Origin: a virus
Taxonomy: Duplodnaviria > Heunggongvirae > Uroviricota > Caudoviricetes
DNA: 64,000 nucleotides
IMG/VR virus record: IMGVR_UViG_3300000944_000006
Coordinates: 18,380 to 82,379 of that record
Reading direction: 5' to 3' (one strand)
A program made the translations under genes and the position numbers. The notes beneath the pieces are model-generated. The model saw only the letters and a program-made list of their open reading frames with translations. It was not told the origin of the DNA and did not search any database. Below, one piece after another: positions 53,201 through 63,093 of this stretch. Each line of letters starts with the position of its first letter. Positions within the stretch are counted from its first letter, which is position 1.

Positions 53201-53383
53201 TTATTTTCCTTTTGAAATTTTTTCTGCAAAAGACATAACTTTTTTTAACTGTTCCATGTTCATATCTTGAAGTAAGTTATCTATATCTTCTAAGATACCA
53301 CTTTCTGCAATAACAACGAGTTTAGCAACTTCTATTGGAGAAATTGCTGAAACTTTTTCGACATGCTCATGAACTTTCAACAC
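53201..53383 (-). CDS. hypothetical protein (60 aa)
   Basis: ORF. Confidence 0.35.
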   Translation of the reverse strand: MLKVHEHVEKVSAISPIEVAKLVVIAESGILEDIDNLLQDMNMEQLKKVMSFAEKISKGK

Positions 53384-53814
53384 TATTTCTCCAATAGAAA
53401 TTTAAGAACGTTCGTGTGGATATCCATAGCGGATTCTTCGCCAACAATATCGCCATAAGCTTTTTCAACATCAGTTTCGTCTAGCTGAAAAATGTCTTTA
53501 TATGGCTTTGCATCATCAGCAAATGAAATGCTTTTGATACCTGTCATATTTACCATAAGTTGTGTGATTTCGTCCATAGTGATGTTCGCATACACCATAC
53601 CGATATCTGCATTAGAAGAAATTACATCAACGCCCATATCAGATAAAGTTTTTTCAAAGTCTGTAAATTCTATCATCAACAAATCTAAAATAATCTGTGA
53701 CTTTGTGCTTACGGTTGTTGCGCCAGAATGCATCTGTACAGTTGGTATATCTGCTTGCAAATTTGGCGTTTCGCTTGATGCTGCATTTTTGATGTCGTGT
53801 CCATTTAATTCCAT
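53383..53814 (-). CDS. hypothetical protein (143 aa)
   Basis: ORF. Confidence 0.45.
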   Translation of the reverse strand: MELNGHDIKNAASSETPNLQADIPTVQMHSGATTVSTKSQIILDLLMIEFTDFEKTLSDMGVDVISSNADIGMVYANITMDEITQLMVNMTGIKSISFADDAKPYKDIFQLDETDVEKAYGDIVGEESAMDIHTNVLKFLLEK

Positions 53815-54024
53815 TTAATCAGTTTCCTTTGCCTGCGGCTTTTGTGGATGTTTTGATTTGCTGAAGTCTGGCTGCGAACGAAGATGTGATGATATAGCAT
53901 AAGCAGAAGTGCCTAGTAAAAGTCTCTTTTTAAATATTCCCATCTTTTTTTCCTTCATTTGGTTTCGTAACTTCAAATAATTCTTTGTAGTCTTCATCGT
54001 TTCGTAACTGTTCCCAAGCTTCAT
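53815..54024 (-). CDS. hypothetical protein (69 aa)
   Basis: ORF. Confidence 0.35.
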   Translation of the reverse strand: MKLGNSYETMKTTKNYLKLRNQMKEKKMGIFKKRLLLGTSAYAISSHLRSQPDFSKSKHPQKPQAKETD

Positions 54025-54235
54025 CGCCTGCGATTTTAAGTCTTTCGAAACTTAAAGTTCCGCATCTTTTACACACATGCTCGTTATATGCAACCTTCCC
54101 AATAAGCTTTTCTCGTATTTTTTTAAATATTTTCATTACAAATCCTTCATTCAAAGTGAACATTAACGTGTGGTATGATTTTTGACATAACATTATCAAA
54201 ATCATCTGGTACATCATCATTCCACACGCCTTCAT
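53930..54235 (-). CDS. hypothetical protein (101 aa)
   Basis: ORF, partly overlapping neighbours. Confidence 0.35.
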   Translation of the reverse strand: MKACGMMMYQMILIMLCQKSYHTLMFTLNEGFVMKIFKKIREKLIGKVAYNEHVCKRCGTLSFERLKIAGDEAWEQLRNDEDYKELFEVTKPNEGKKDGNI

Positions 54236-54350
54236 GTGCGCGTAACCAAGCTGTGAAAATATCTTCGTCAGAAACTACAATATTATGCTTAGTCATAAGT
54301 TTCTGTAATTTTTGTATAATACTATGCTTCACAAGCAAAACATTCTCCAT
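54147..54350 (-). CDS. hypothetical protein downstream of nrdA
   Basis: Start set at internal MENVLLVK. Confidence 0.35.
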   Translation of the reverse strand: MENVLLVKHSIIQKLQKLMTKHNIVVSDEDIFTAWLRAHEGVWNDDVPDDFDNVMSKIIPHVNVHFE

Positions 54351-57135
54351 TTGATGCCTGAACACCTGCTTCAGACCGTATATAATATAATGACTTAATA
54401 TAAGGATTGACAAAAGCTTCTGAATGTATCATCGCAACATATTCTGGGTCTTCATCAGCAGATATATACAAATTTATAGATTGTGCTTGGTCAATATATT
54501 TTTGTCGTTGTGCCGCATAACGTATAATCGTCAATTGGTCAATCTCAAAAGCTGTTTTGAACAAAGCCTTTTCATCGTCACTAAAAAATTCTAAATGCTG
54601 AACAGACCCTTTATTATCGACAATGGAATCAATAATTGCATCTGTATATTGTCCATGCTTTTCAAGATATTCGATAAGAACTGGATTTATACGGTTCATT
54701 TTACCTGCGGCTGTACCTTGCGTATAAACATTTTTAGGAAATGGTGATATGCCTTCAGAAACACTACCACACACAATAGCAGATGATAGAGTAGGTGCTA
54801 CTGCCATAAGTGTAGCATTGCGTCGACCAAGACCCTTACAAGATTCTGGTTCACCTAATTCTGCGGCAAGCCATTCCGTAGCAGCTTCTGCTTGTACTTG
54901 GATATTTTTAAATATTTCCACATTTTTAAATTGCGCTTCAAGGCTTTCCCAAGGAATACCATTTTTCTGAAAATATGTGTGAAGACCGAGTGTGCCCAAG
55001 CCTAATGCACGGAAACGTTGTGTGAAACGAACGACTTTTTCAAGACCTTCCATATCTTTACCGCGCTGTATAAGGTCTTCGCAAACGCAATCTAAAAGAA
55101 CAATTGCTGTTTCAATCGCATTCGTATCTTTCCATTCATCATATTTTGCCAGATTCATAGACGATAGAACGCAAGAAAATGTATGTTCTTCATCAGAAGG
55201 TAGCGCAATTTCAGAGCAGTTAAATGTTTTCATGCCCTGTGCAATAAATATGTGTTCATCTGTATGTACAGTTGGACAATATACATCTTCTTTACCATAA
55301 TACTCTATAGATTTTATTTTGTAACCCTTTTTAGAATTATCACGATACTTTCGATTTTCTAAATGAACACCTTTTCGGGATAAAAATCCTGTATGTTTTT
55401 CGACAACCAAGCAATCATTTTTATTTCCTACAATAAGTCTCCAACAATCTTTTGTGTTATATAGCTTTTGTCCACCTTTTCCATCTGGCAATAATGATTC
55501 ACCTGCTTTTCTTAGTATTCGTATAGAAGTTTGAAGTCCTAAGTTTTGGAATAAAATTTGAAGTTCTTTAATAAAATCTAAGTTAATATCTGTGTATGAT
55601 AAATGTATAGGATTTCCTTTTGAAGGAGATACATTTATTGTACCATCTGCGTATAATAGCCCGCGAACATATTCCCATTGTGTCTTTTCGTCAGATTCCC
55701 ATATCCAAGAAGGGACATACCCTTTTTCAAAATTCAAGGCTTTTTTAAGAGTAGCAGAAGACAATGTTCTTTTTCTATGGCTTCCTTCGCGAACATGTGA
55801 TTCGCGAAACTTAGCAGGTGTTCTTCCGCGATATTTTCCAGTTTTTCCTATTTCATATTTATCGCATCCGTATTTGTAATGTATTCGGTCAAATTTTTCT
55901 TTGATTTCATTCTCTAAATCAAAATCATTTTCCCAAAGACACAGATGAATAGAATTTTTGTGTTGCGTTCCGTCCGATTGATACTGACCTAACAAAAATG
56001 CTTCATCTTGCATATCGGCATTTCCAAAAATACCTTTGTTAGTTTGAATTGCAATTTTATGACCTATGTTCAGGTCTTTCAATTCAATTCGTGTGATATT
56101 ATTTCTTGCATCAATAACAGGAAACCCATGATTATCCGTGGCTTTAATTTCCATTCCATTTTCTAATGTAACTTTATAAACATCTTGGTTTTCGCCACGT
56201 AAAATCATTTTTGTAGAATTTACCTTATTTTCGCCGTCAAATAATACCAAAGATTCATTTATATCATGAAGTTCTTTAGCTGTTAAATATCCATATGACG
56301 AAACTACGCGCGTATCACCTGTTATACAAAGATTAGAAGCTTTGATTAGCATACCACTATTTTTAATAGCAGGTGGTGCTAAATCATTCATGCGGTCAAT
56401 AAAACAAAAATATCCCTTGCCTGTAACAAGCTTACGCAACAACGCACGTTTAAAGCGAGAATTTGCTTCTTTGTCGCCATTCACTAATCGTGCAATAAAT
56501 TCATCAGAAATATTCCAACCAATATTTAAATCATCTGGATAATTTTTCATATGGTCGCAAATATCCCAAAAATCTCCATGTTCGATTGGAAGATAGCCTG
56601 CCCATGCACCGCGTCTCGAAGACCCTTGTGACACTTGAACTGCTGTATTAACATGTCCTTGGATAACAGGAACTACCCCATCTGCAACACCGTCTACACC
56701 ATATTTCTCGCCACGCGGACGTATATCCCCAAGATATGATGACGTTCCAAAGCCATATTTTGAAAGCATTGCCGTTTCTGTATAAGACCCAAAGAAACCT
56801 GCTATACTATCTGGTGTATAGTTTCCAGAACAGCTTACAGAAAGCCCTTTTTCCGTCCCTGTATTGGACATAACAGGCGTTGAAAGAGAAAGATAACCTT
56901 TCCACACAACATCAAAGAAACGCTTCTCCCAATGCTTAGAATTAGGCATATGGGCGGCGAGTGTTTTAGATATTCTCTTTAATTGCTCTTTATATGTTGT
57001 AGCTTCGAACAGATATTTTTGTTTGAACATAGACCATCCAATAGTTGTAAACCACATAGGAAGGTCGCCATCTTCTTGCATTTTTTTCCGCTCTTGCGAA
57101 AGTTCTTCATAAGTATTTTCGTTTAAATTATCCAC
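54322..57135 (-). CDS. nrdA: ribonucleotide reductase class I large subunit (no ATP-cone), interrupted by an intein at the active-site cysteine
   Basis: Extein junction ...IKASNL|CSEIALPS restores the catalytic SNLCSEI motif. C-terminal CFAC pair present. Extein about 567 aa. Confidence 0.8.
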   Translation of the reverse strand: MDNLNENTYEELSQERKKMQEDGDLPMWFTTIGWSMFKQKYLFEATTYKEQLKRISKTLAAHMPNSKHWEKRFFDVVWKGYLSLSTPVMSNTGTEKGLSVSCSGNYTPDSIAGFFGSYTETAMLSKYGFGTSSYLGDIRPRGEKYGVDGVADGVVPVIQGHVNTAVQVSQGSSRRGAWAGYLPIEHGDFWDICDHMKNYPDDLNIGWNISDEFIARLVNGDKEANSRFKRALLRKLVTGKGYFCFIDRMNDLAPPAIKNSGMLIKASNLCITGDTRVVSSYGYLTAKELHDINESLVLFDGENKVNSTKMILRGENQDVYKVTLENGMEIKATDNHGFPVIDARNNITRIELKDLNIGHKIAIQTNKGIFGNADMQDEAFLLGQYQSDGTQHKNSIHLCLWENDFDLENEIKEKFDRIHYKYGCDKYEIGKTGKYRGRTPAKFRESHVREGSHRKRTLSSATLKKALNFEKGYVPSWIWESDEKTQWEYVRGLLYADGTINVSPSKGNPIHLSYTDINLDFIKELQILFQNLGLQTSIRILRKAGESLLPDGKGGQKLYNTKDCWRLIVGNKNDCLVVEKHTGFLSRKGVHLENRKYRDNSKKGYKIKSIEYYGKEDVYCPTVHTDEHIFIAQGMKTFNCSEIALPSDEEHTFSCVLSSMNLAKYDEWKDTNAIETAIVLLDCVCEDLIQRGKDMEGLEKVVRFTQRFRALGLGTLGLHTYFQKNGIPWESLEAQFKNVEIFKNIQVQAEAATEWLAAELGEPESCKGLGRRNATLMAVAPTLSSAIVCGSVSEGISPFPKNVYTQGTAAGKMNRINPVLIEYLEKHGQYTDAIIDSIVDNKGSVQHLEFFSDDEKALFKTAFEIDQLTIIRYAAQRQKYIDQAQSINLYISADEDPEYVAMIHSEAFVNPYIKSLYYIRSEAGVQASNGECFACEA
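55219..56328 (-). mobile_element. LAGLIDADG homing-endonuclease intein in nrdA (370 aa)
   Basis: Starts CITGDTRVV, contains FLLGQYQSDGT and RGLLYADGT LAGLIDADG motifs, ends ...GMKTFN before Cys+1. Penultimate residue is Phe rather than His. Confidence 0.7.
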
Positions 57136-58129
57136 GCGCTACAAACCCCAACTTTTCTTCAGGCCAATCCCGATTATAATCACTCCCAATATTAAAGAAG
57201 AAGTCATGTACTTGACCGCCCCCAATCATTTTATAAAACCATTTTGCAATAGGATTATAGTTATTCTCAATTTCAAAAATTGGTTCAATGTCGAGTTGTT
57301 CTAAACACAAATTTATACGGGACTTAACAAAATTCTTCATTTGCTTTTTTGTTATTCCAAGTATCTTTCCTTTTTCAAATATCATTTCAATAATTTGCTT
57401 TTCATGTTCCCATATTTTGTAAGCAGCTTTTACAATACGGGCTTCAAGTGGAATGATAGAACGTTTATCAAGATTCATTTCCTTCTTAAGTGTTTTGTAA
57501 AGCCATGCACCACCAACAGAATGTAGCATTTCGTCTTTCACAGAAAATGCAATTCCTGCATTAATATTAACTAACTTATTCTTTGGCTGATTCTGGAAGT
57601 GACATAGAAACGCAAACGAAGAATAAAGAACAGCACCTTCTACAATAGAAAATACTCCCAATGATGTTAACTTATCTTCGTGGTCAATATATTCATCAAT
57701 AAATTCCATGCGCTCTTTAAGTACAGGATTGTCTACATAACCAAGATAAAATTCTGGTGTGGATAGACCAAGAAGACGATTGATTTCGTCATAAAATACG
57801 GCATGAACATTACTTTCCATATATGAAAATGCCGTTGCCATTTGTTGTATATCAGGTCGCGGAAAGTCTCGCATAACTCTATCTCCCCAATATTCACCAC
57901 CTGCTTTAAGTTCATATGTCGTAAAAAGTCGAAGAACTGTTATAACACCGTGCTTTTCAGATTCGGTTAAATTTGTTTTCATGTCCTGTATATCTTTTGA
58001 TACTAGGATTTCATCTGGCGTCCAAAGTATTTTTCGCTGTTGTTTTGCTAGTTCAGTTGCTTGGGGATAGTATTTTGTGTAGTCCATAGTCGGAATACAC
58101 ATGCGGGGAAGGTCGCCGTGTGTTTTCAT
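57128..58129 (-). CDS. nrdB: ribonucleotide reductase class I small subunit
   Basis: Di-iron ligand segments ESNVHAVFYDE and SVKDEMLH (cf. RDEALH). 8-nt overlap with the nrdA start. Confidence 0.75.
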   Translation of the reverse strand: MKTHGDLPRMCIPTMDYTKYYPQATELAKQQRKILWTPDEILVSKDIQDMKTNLTESEKHGVITVLRLFTTYELKAGGEYWGDRVMRDFPRPDIQQMATAFSYMESNVHAVFYDEINRLLGLSTPEFYLGYVDNPVLKERMEFIDEYIDHEDKLTSLGVFSIVEGAVLYSSFAFLCHFQNQPKNKLVNINAGIAFSVKDEMLHSVGGAWLYKTLKKEMNLDKRSIIPLEARIVKAAYKIWEHEKQIIEMIFEKGKILGITKKQMKNFVKSRINLCLEQLDIEPIFEIENNYNPIAKWFYKMIGGGQVHDFFFNIGSDYNRDWPEEKLGFVARG

Positions 58130-58173
58130 CGTTTATTATTGCCTTATTATTTTATTATTATTGGTCATATTAT

Positions 58174-59217
58174 TTATAGGTTTTTCCACTGTGTGAACTT
58201 GATTTTTGCATTTAATCCGACATAAGAATTGTCTAAAAAATATTGGTCTAAACCATCCTTTTCAACTTCACCTTGTAGTATCATATCATTTACATCTTTT
58301 GATTTTATATTGTGCGGTAAGAGAGTAACACGATATCCATCATCGATAGTTTTCTTGATATTTCGTAAAGTCTCTTTGTGACGAGTCTCATTATCAAAGA
58401 CTATACATAGCTGATTTTTTGGTATTACGTCTTTAACACGTCCGAATGAAGAACCAGATGCAGAAACAGCATTTCTAAAGAACATTGAATCGAATTGCCC
58501 TTCTGTCACAATAACTTTTTCGGACAAATTTATTTTGTCAAGATTGTATATTAGTGGTGCATTCTCATTCAACTTTACGTGAAGATATTTTATAGGGTGA
58601 TGTTTTTTAAGACTTCGCATAGAAAATCCTATCAAAACACCTTTACGATTTCGGTAAGGAATGATGATACGACCATCTTTACTATTCTTTAATTTCTCTT
58701 TGTATTTCGGAAGTATGTTAGACATCTTTGATATATCGTCCATATAATATAAGTCAGATATATCAGGCAACTTTCTTGCGTTTAAATAAGCCCGTGCAGG
58801 ATGGCTTCTTTCTAATTTCTGCACGGGCAGCATCAATTCATGAAGTACCGACTTTTCTTCTTCAATTACTACTGGCGCAAACACAGCATTTGTAAGGTCT
58901 ACATGTGTATCAGATTGTTTGATAGAAGACTTTCCTTTATTTAGATAAACATTTTTTACAACTTCATTGTAAATAGACGTGTCGAAATCTTTTAAGAAAA
59001 ATTGATATTTTTTGTGATATTCGCAGTTATGACATTTATACCAAAGGTTTTTGTCATGCGTGTTAACATATATGTATCCTCTTGCGCGAGTAGAAACACG
59101 CTTAGAGTCGCCACATATGGGACAAGAAAAGTTCCAAAGGTATGTATTTACCTTCTTAAAATTTTTAAGTTTGTACTGAATCATTGAAACTGATTCAGCA
59201 AGGTCATGTAATTCCAT
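58174..59217 (-). CDS. DNA primase, T4 gp61-like (zinc ribbon + TOPRIM)
   Basis: FSCPICGDSK...ARGYIY...YKCHNCEY zinc ribbon, VTEGQFDS and FDNETRH TOPRIM acidic motifs, SKDVNDMI block as in T4 gene 61 protein. Confidence 0.7.
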   Translation of the reverse strand: MELHDLAESVSMIQYKLKNFKKVNTYLWNFSCPICGDSKRVSTRARGYIYVNTHDKNLWYKCHNCEYHKKYQFFLKDFDTSIYNEVVKNVYLNKGKSSIKQSDTHVDLTNAVFAPVVIEEEKSVLHELMLPVQKLERSHPARAYLNARKLPDISDLYYMDDISKMSNILPKYKEKLKNSKDGRIIIPYRNRKGVLIGFSMRSLKKHHPIKYLHVKLNENAPLIYNLDKINLSEKVIVTEGQFDSMFFRNAVSASGSSFGRVKDVIPKNQLCIVFDNETRHKETLRNIKKTIDDGYRVTLLPHNIKSKDVNDMILQGEVEKDGLDQYFLDNSYVGLNAKIKFTQWKNL

Positions 59218-59233
59218 GCGTCCCTGTTTATTA

Positions 59234-59806
59234 TTATTTTTTTAGAACAGTGACGCTTTCATTAACGGATATAATTTCATTATGCAACGATTTATTTTCA
59301 TCATTTCCAATTTTAAATTGGATTTTTGGTAAATGGATTGCTTCTTCATCATCAACATACATATTAACTATGTAAAAATACATACCATCTTCAAAATCTG
59401 TTGGTATGTCTACGTTAACTCGTATTTTATAACAATATGGCTTTAAGACGTTTTCGAAAAGATTTCTTTTCTTTTGTTCAGATAACATTGGCGGATACAG
59501 GTCATATGTTACATCATTTAAATTTATAATTTTACCATTACGGATATGTCTACGAAGCTGAATGTTTTTTAGCCTTGGTTCTGAAAGACACACTTCGCGA
59601 TTAAAACTTAATTTTCTGTCTTTGCTATCTACTTTATATACAACAGGGTCATATTGATTAAGGTATTTAACTTTCTGGTCAAAGTTTTTTGAGGAAAAAA
59701 TAGCAATAATGAACGCGATAACGCCGACATGAAAATATAAAATTAAATCTTTTAAGAGCATTGTTAAATTATTGTTTGAATAAGAGCGCCTAAAAATGCC
59801 ATACAA
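59234..59806 (-). CDS. N-terminally membrane-anchored protein (190 aa)
   Basis: TM VGVIAFIIAIFSS near the N-terminus. Confidence 0.4.
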   Translation of the reverse strand: MYGIFRRSYSNNNLTMLLKDLILYFHVGVIAFIIAIFSSKNFDQKVKYLNQYDPVVYKVDSKDRKLSFNREVCLSEPRLKNIQLRRHIRNGKIINLNDVTYDLYPPMLSEQKKRNLFENVLKPYCYKIRVNVDIPTDFEDGMYFYIVNMYVDDEEAIHLPKIQFKIGNDENKSLHNEIISVNESVTVLKK

Positions 59807-59976
59807 ATAGCCGTAATAACGGTAAAAATTATTTTTTGTAATACAGTAACATCTTTTTTATCAGCTTTTGTAGCTAATGCATCTCTGTTTTCGTCAATCC
59901 TTTCGTCATTTCTAGCAACCGAACCTTCTAGTTTCGCTATCTTTACTTCAGTATTATCCGTCATTTTATGTTTCAT
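59764..59976 (-). CDS. small C-terminally anchored membrane protein (70 aa)
   Basis: C-terminal TM IIFTVITAICMAFLGALI. Confidence 0.4.
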   Translation of the reverse strand: MKHKMTDNTEVKIAKLEGSVARNDERIDENRDALATKADKKDVTVLQKIIFTVITAICMAFLGALIQTII

Positions 59977-60023
59977 CCCAACTTAATTATTTATATTAAC
60001 ACTTTTTTAGATTTGTAAAGTGG

Positions 60024-60533
60024 TTATGTTATCGGGCCAGATAAGCGTCTGGCAATCGGTTTGTCGTAAGATTTTTCCATAGCCCTACGCCCGAACCAGA
60101 AAGTTACAATAGACGAAAACAACGTTTGTGTATTTGCATCCCACATAGTTGCAATCAAATCGAGATTTAATTCTGCTTGTTTTAAAAGTACACAGAATGT
60201 CACAACCTTTAAGAAAACAAACAAAAAGAAAAACAAATACGTCACGACAGGACGTACTGATGCTCTAAGGTTAGACATAAATTCAGATTGATTTGCGCCA
60301 ATAGCAATATCATGTTCATACAATTTTTTCATTTCTTCAATGTCAGCTTCGACATTAAGAACTTGGATTTTTTGAAGGGTTTCTGCGCTAGCAATTTTAG
60401 CACGTTCTTTCGTCATGGCAAGTTCATGAGCAAAAGCCTGTTTCTGTTTGCGTATTTCAACAATTTCAGTAGCAATTGCCGAACCTAAGCCTAAAGCTGT
60501 GCCTAAAACACTCCCTGTAATATTCGCTTCCAT
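60024..60533 (-). CDS. membrane protein (169 aa)
   Basis: Amphipathic N-terminus and central TM YLFFFLFVFLKVVTFCVLL. Confidence 0.4.
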   Translation of the reverse strand: MEANITGSVLGTALGLGSAIATEIVEIRKQKQAFAHELAMTKERAKIASAETLQKIQVLNVEADIEEMKKLYEHDIAIGANQSEFMSNLRASVRPVVTYLFFFLFVFLKVVTFCVLLKQAELNLDLIATMWDANTQTLFSSIVTFWFGRRAMEKSYDKPIARRLSGPIT

Positions 60534-60537
60534 ATTC

Positions 60538-61092
60538 CTAAGACCTTTTTTTCTTTACCAAATACTTTGTTTTCTTCTTCTTTTTACGGAGTCCGATAAG
60601 TTCTGGTTGTTTACGTCTAGCAATATTTATATCATTTTTACCCTGTATAATGGTATCTTGTGTTAATTCTGGTACACCTACACCTGCTGTGTTCACAGTA
60701 GGTAAATCTTCCAAAATCATATTATAGTCAAAATCTGGGTCAATATTCTCTTGAATATATTTTGTAAATTCGTTTTTTGCGATATTAAAGTCCATATTTT
60801 CATCTTCATAATGCTCTTTAAGAAGGGCAAATGCTGTAACAATTTTTAGTGAAGATGATGATGAAAACTTATCTAAAGTCTTCTTTATCGTCAAAACAAT
60901 CGAATGAAAGCGTGTGAAAGCTTTCTTTTCTTGCGAAGTTTTACGTTGAACACGTTTCTTAATGATATTACCGTCTTTATCAATAATGCCATGTTCAAAA
61001 GCATCCCATTCATCAAAATCTTTAAGCAAGAGCGTTATAAAACGTCTTGTGTAAAGGATATCCATGACGAGGGATTTAGTAGAATCTGCCAT
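60538..61092 (-). CDS. hypothetical protein with Lys-rich C-terminus
   Basis: Ends LRKKKKKTKYLVKKKRS. Confidence 0.45.
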   Translation of the reverse strand: MADSTKSLVMDILYTRRFITLLLKDFDEWDAFEHGIIDKDGNIIKKRVQRKTSQEKKAFTRFHSIVLTIKKTLDKFSSSSSLKIVTAFALLKEHYEDENMDFNIAKNEFTKYIQENIDPDFDYNMILEDLPTVNTAGVGVPELTQDTIIQGKNDINIARRKQPELIGLRKKKKKTKYLVKKKRS

Positions 61093-61649
61093 TATTTTAT
61101 CTGGTCAAATAGCCTATTAACATTATCAAAATGCTTATCAACATCTTCAGGAGAAATTATTTCAAACTTACCTTCTATAGAATCTCTATCTGATAAAGTT
61201 CGTGTCAATACCATAATAAGGGAGCCGCGAGAACCTTTTTTAATAGTTAAAGATGCTCTTCTAGTTTTAATAACAACATTTTTGCGAATTTTGACATCCC
61301 ATTTTTCAGCAACAGCATTTTTATTTAAATTATATCGTTCAGTATTTTCATTTAAATATTCATCAAAGCCAAAAGATTCTTTAACCACATGCTTAATATC
61401 GTCTTTGTAATGTGAATTTGACAGCATAGATTTTTGCATAGAGATTTTTTTCTTCTTGCCCTTATACATCTGATATCCTTGAAACCCTTTGTCACCAACT
61501 TTCGTGACCGTCATGGTTACTTTACCGTTAGCCATAATAAGTTCATCGCCTACTGACACGTCATCTGGATTGATATCCACTTTTTTACTTTCGCGAATAT
61601 TTAAAAGCTTATCAGCAATCGTCTTTTGTTCTTCTGGCGTTATATACAT
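61092..61649 (-). CDS. hypothetical protein (185 aa)
   Basis: ORF. Confidence 0.45.
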   Translation of the reverse strand: MYITPEEQKTIADKLLNIRESKKVDINPDDVSVGDELIMANGKVTMTVTKVGDKGFQGYQMYKGKKKKISMQKSMLSNSHYKDDIKHVVKESFGFDEYLNENTERYNLNKNAVAEKWDVKIRKNVVIKTRRASLTIKKGSRGSLIMVLTRTLSDRDSIEGKFEIISPEDVDKHFDNVNRLFDQIK

Positions 61650-61653
61650 TTTA

Positions 61654-63093
61654 TTAAATTCCTTTTATTATATTTAGAACAAATTTTCTTACGCGCAGGT
61701 CAACCTTTTCGCCCATCAATACAGACGCGAACATTTCTGCCCAAAATTCTCTTACATTTGTTCTAGCATATTCAGTCACGAACCATGAATCATCATAGAT
61801 AAAATCGCCATTTCTTCTTTTGGTTTTTGGTGTTAGTATTCTACGAAGCTTTTGTAATGTTGTCGGACGGCCTTTATAAGTCATGGTAACAAATCCTTTT
61901 GTAAGCATTTCATGAGACTTTCCCATATAATCCCCACTACCATCTGATGTTACGACTATGCCAAAAGGTTTATTTCTAGCACCTTCTTTACCAAAAGACA
62001 GTATTTGGCGACCAGAAGACATATCCAAGACATCTCTTACCATTTCTTCGCCCTTAGAAAGACCATATTTTTTATTTTTGCTTTTATTCCAATAAAATTT
62101 AATATCGTTTGTGTTTTTTATAGATGAAAAAAGGGCTTTTTTAAAAACTGTATAATCTGCGCTACGAACCATGTGCCTTTTAAATTCTTCATCTTTTCTT
62201 ATTTTAGCGTTTTTACCATTAGACTTTTTAGCTTGCGAATAAACTTCTTCTAATGCCTTTCTATCCTTTGAAGAAAAATATTCATAATCTATTTTGTGAC
62301 CTATTTCATGAATAATAACCCGAATAAAAAATCGGTCTGTGTCATGGCGAGGGTCGATAACAAGTTCTTTACTATTAGAATAGTAAAGTCCTGCTGCACG
62401 TCTTGATGAAATAGTCCCAATTATTATATCAGAATTGTCCCATACATTTTCTATTTTTGTACGTTTCATGATACGATATGCTACATTAAGACTTTTCTTA
62501 ACTTTATCTAACTTCTTTGGGTCAAAATTTTCTCTTACCTTAATTTCATTTTTACCTACTTTGATAGTGTTGGTAGATGTTTTGTTAAAAGATGATTTTA
62601 CTTCATCCCAATTAACTTTTTCGGAAAATCTTTTAACCCAATCATGATTAAGCTTTTTATTATTTGTTGCCCATTTATAAAAATCTATAGACGTTTTAAA
62701 AACAATTTTTTCAAGGGCTTTTGGAAATCTTCTTGATACAGCTTCACATGCTTTTAAGTACATGTCCACATTACCATCAAGTTTAGGATAATGAAATGCA
62801 TGTCTAAGTTCTTCGACATAATCATACATTAAACTGTCTGAATATTCCAAACCACTCATAAATTCATTATCAGACCCGTCCCATGATGTGTTGATAAATT
62901 TAGAAAAGTCTTTCTTAGCAATAAACACGTAATGTTTTTCATCCAAACCATTACTATTTTCCGTGTTATAGGGAAAAATAACCATATGATTAGTACGAAA
63001 AGGTGTGCGCGTTGCCATTCTTGCTATACAAGAATTAGAATCGTCGTAATACGGCCTTTCGAATCTTGCCATTTTATTATTCACCATCCACAT
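61654..63093 (-). CDS. large protein with HExxH zinc-metallopeptidase motif
   Basis: VIIHEIGHKIDYEY contains HEIGH. Confidence 0.45.
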   Translation of the reverse strand: MWMVNNKMARFERPYYDDSNSCIARMATRTPFRTNHMVIFPYNTENSNGLDEKHYVFIAKKDFSKFINTSWDGSDNEFMSGLEYSDSLMYDYVEELRHAFHYPKLDGNVDMYLKACEAVSRRFPKALEKIVFKTSIDFYKWATNNKKLNHDWVKRFSEKVNWDEVKSSFNKTSTNTIKVGKNEIKVRENFDPKKLDKVKKSLNVAYRIMKRTKIENVWDNSDIIIGTISSRRAAGLYYSNSKELVIDPRHDTDRFFIRVIIHEIGHKIDYEYFSSKDRKALEEVYSQAKKSNGKNAKIRKDEEFKRHMVRSADYTVFKKALFSSIKNTNDIKFYWNKSKNKKYGLSKGEEMVRDVLDMSSGRQILSFGKEGARNKPFGIVVTSDGSGDYMGKSHEMLTKGFVTMTYKGRPTTLQKLRRILTPKTKRRNGDFIYDDSWFVTEYARTNVREFWAEMFASVLMGEKVDLRVRKFVLNIIKGI

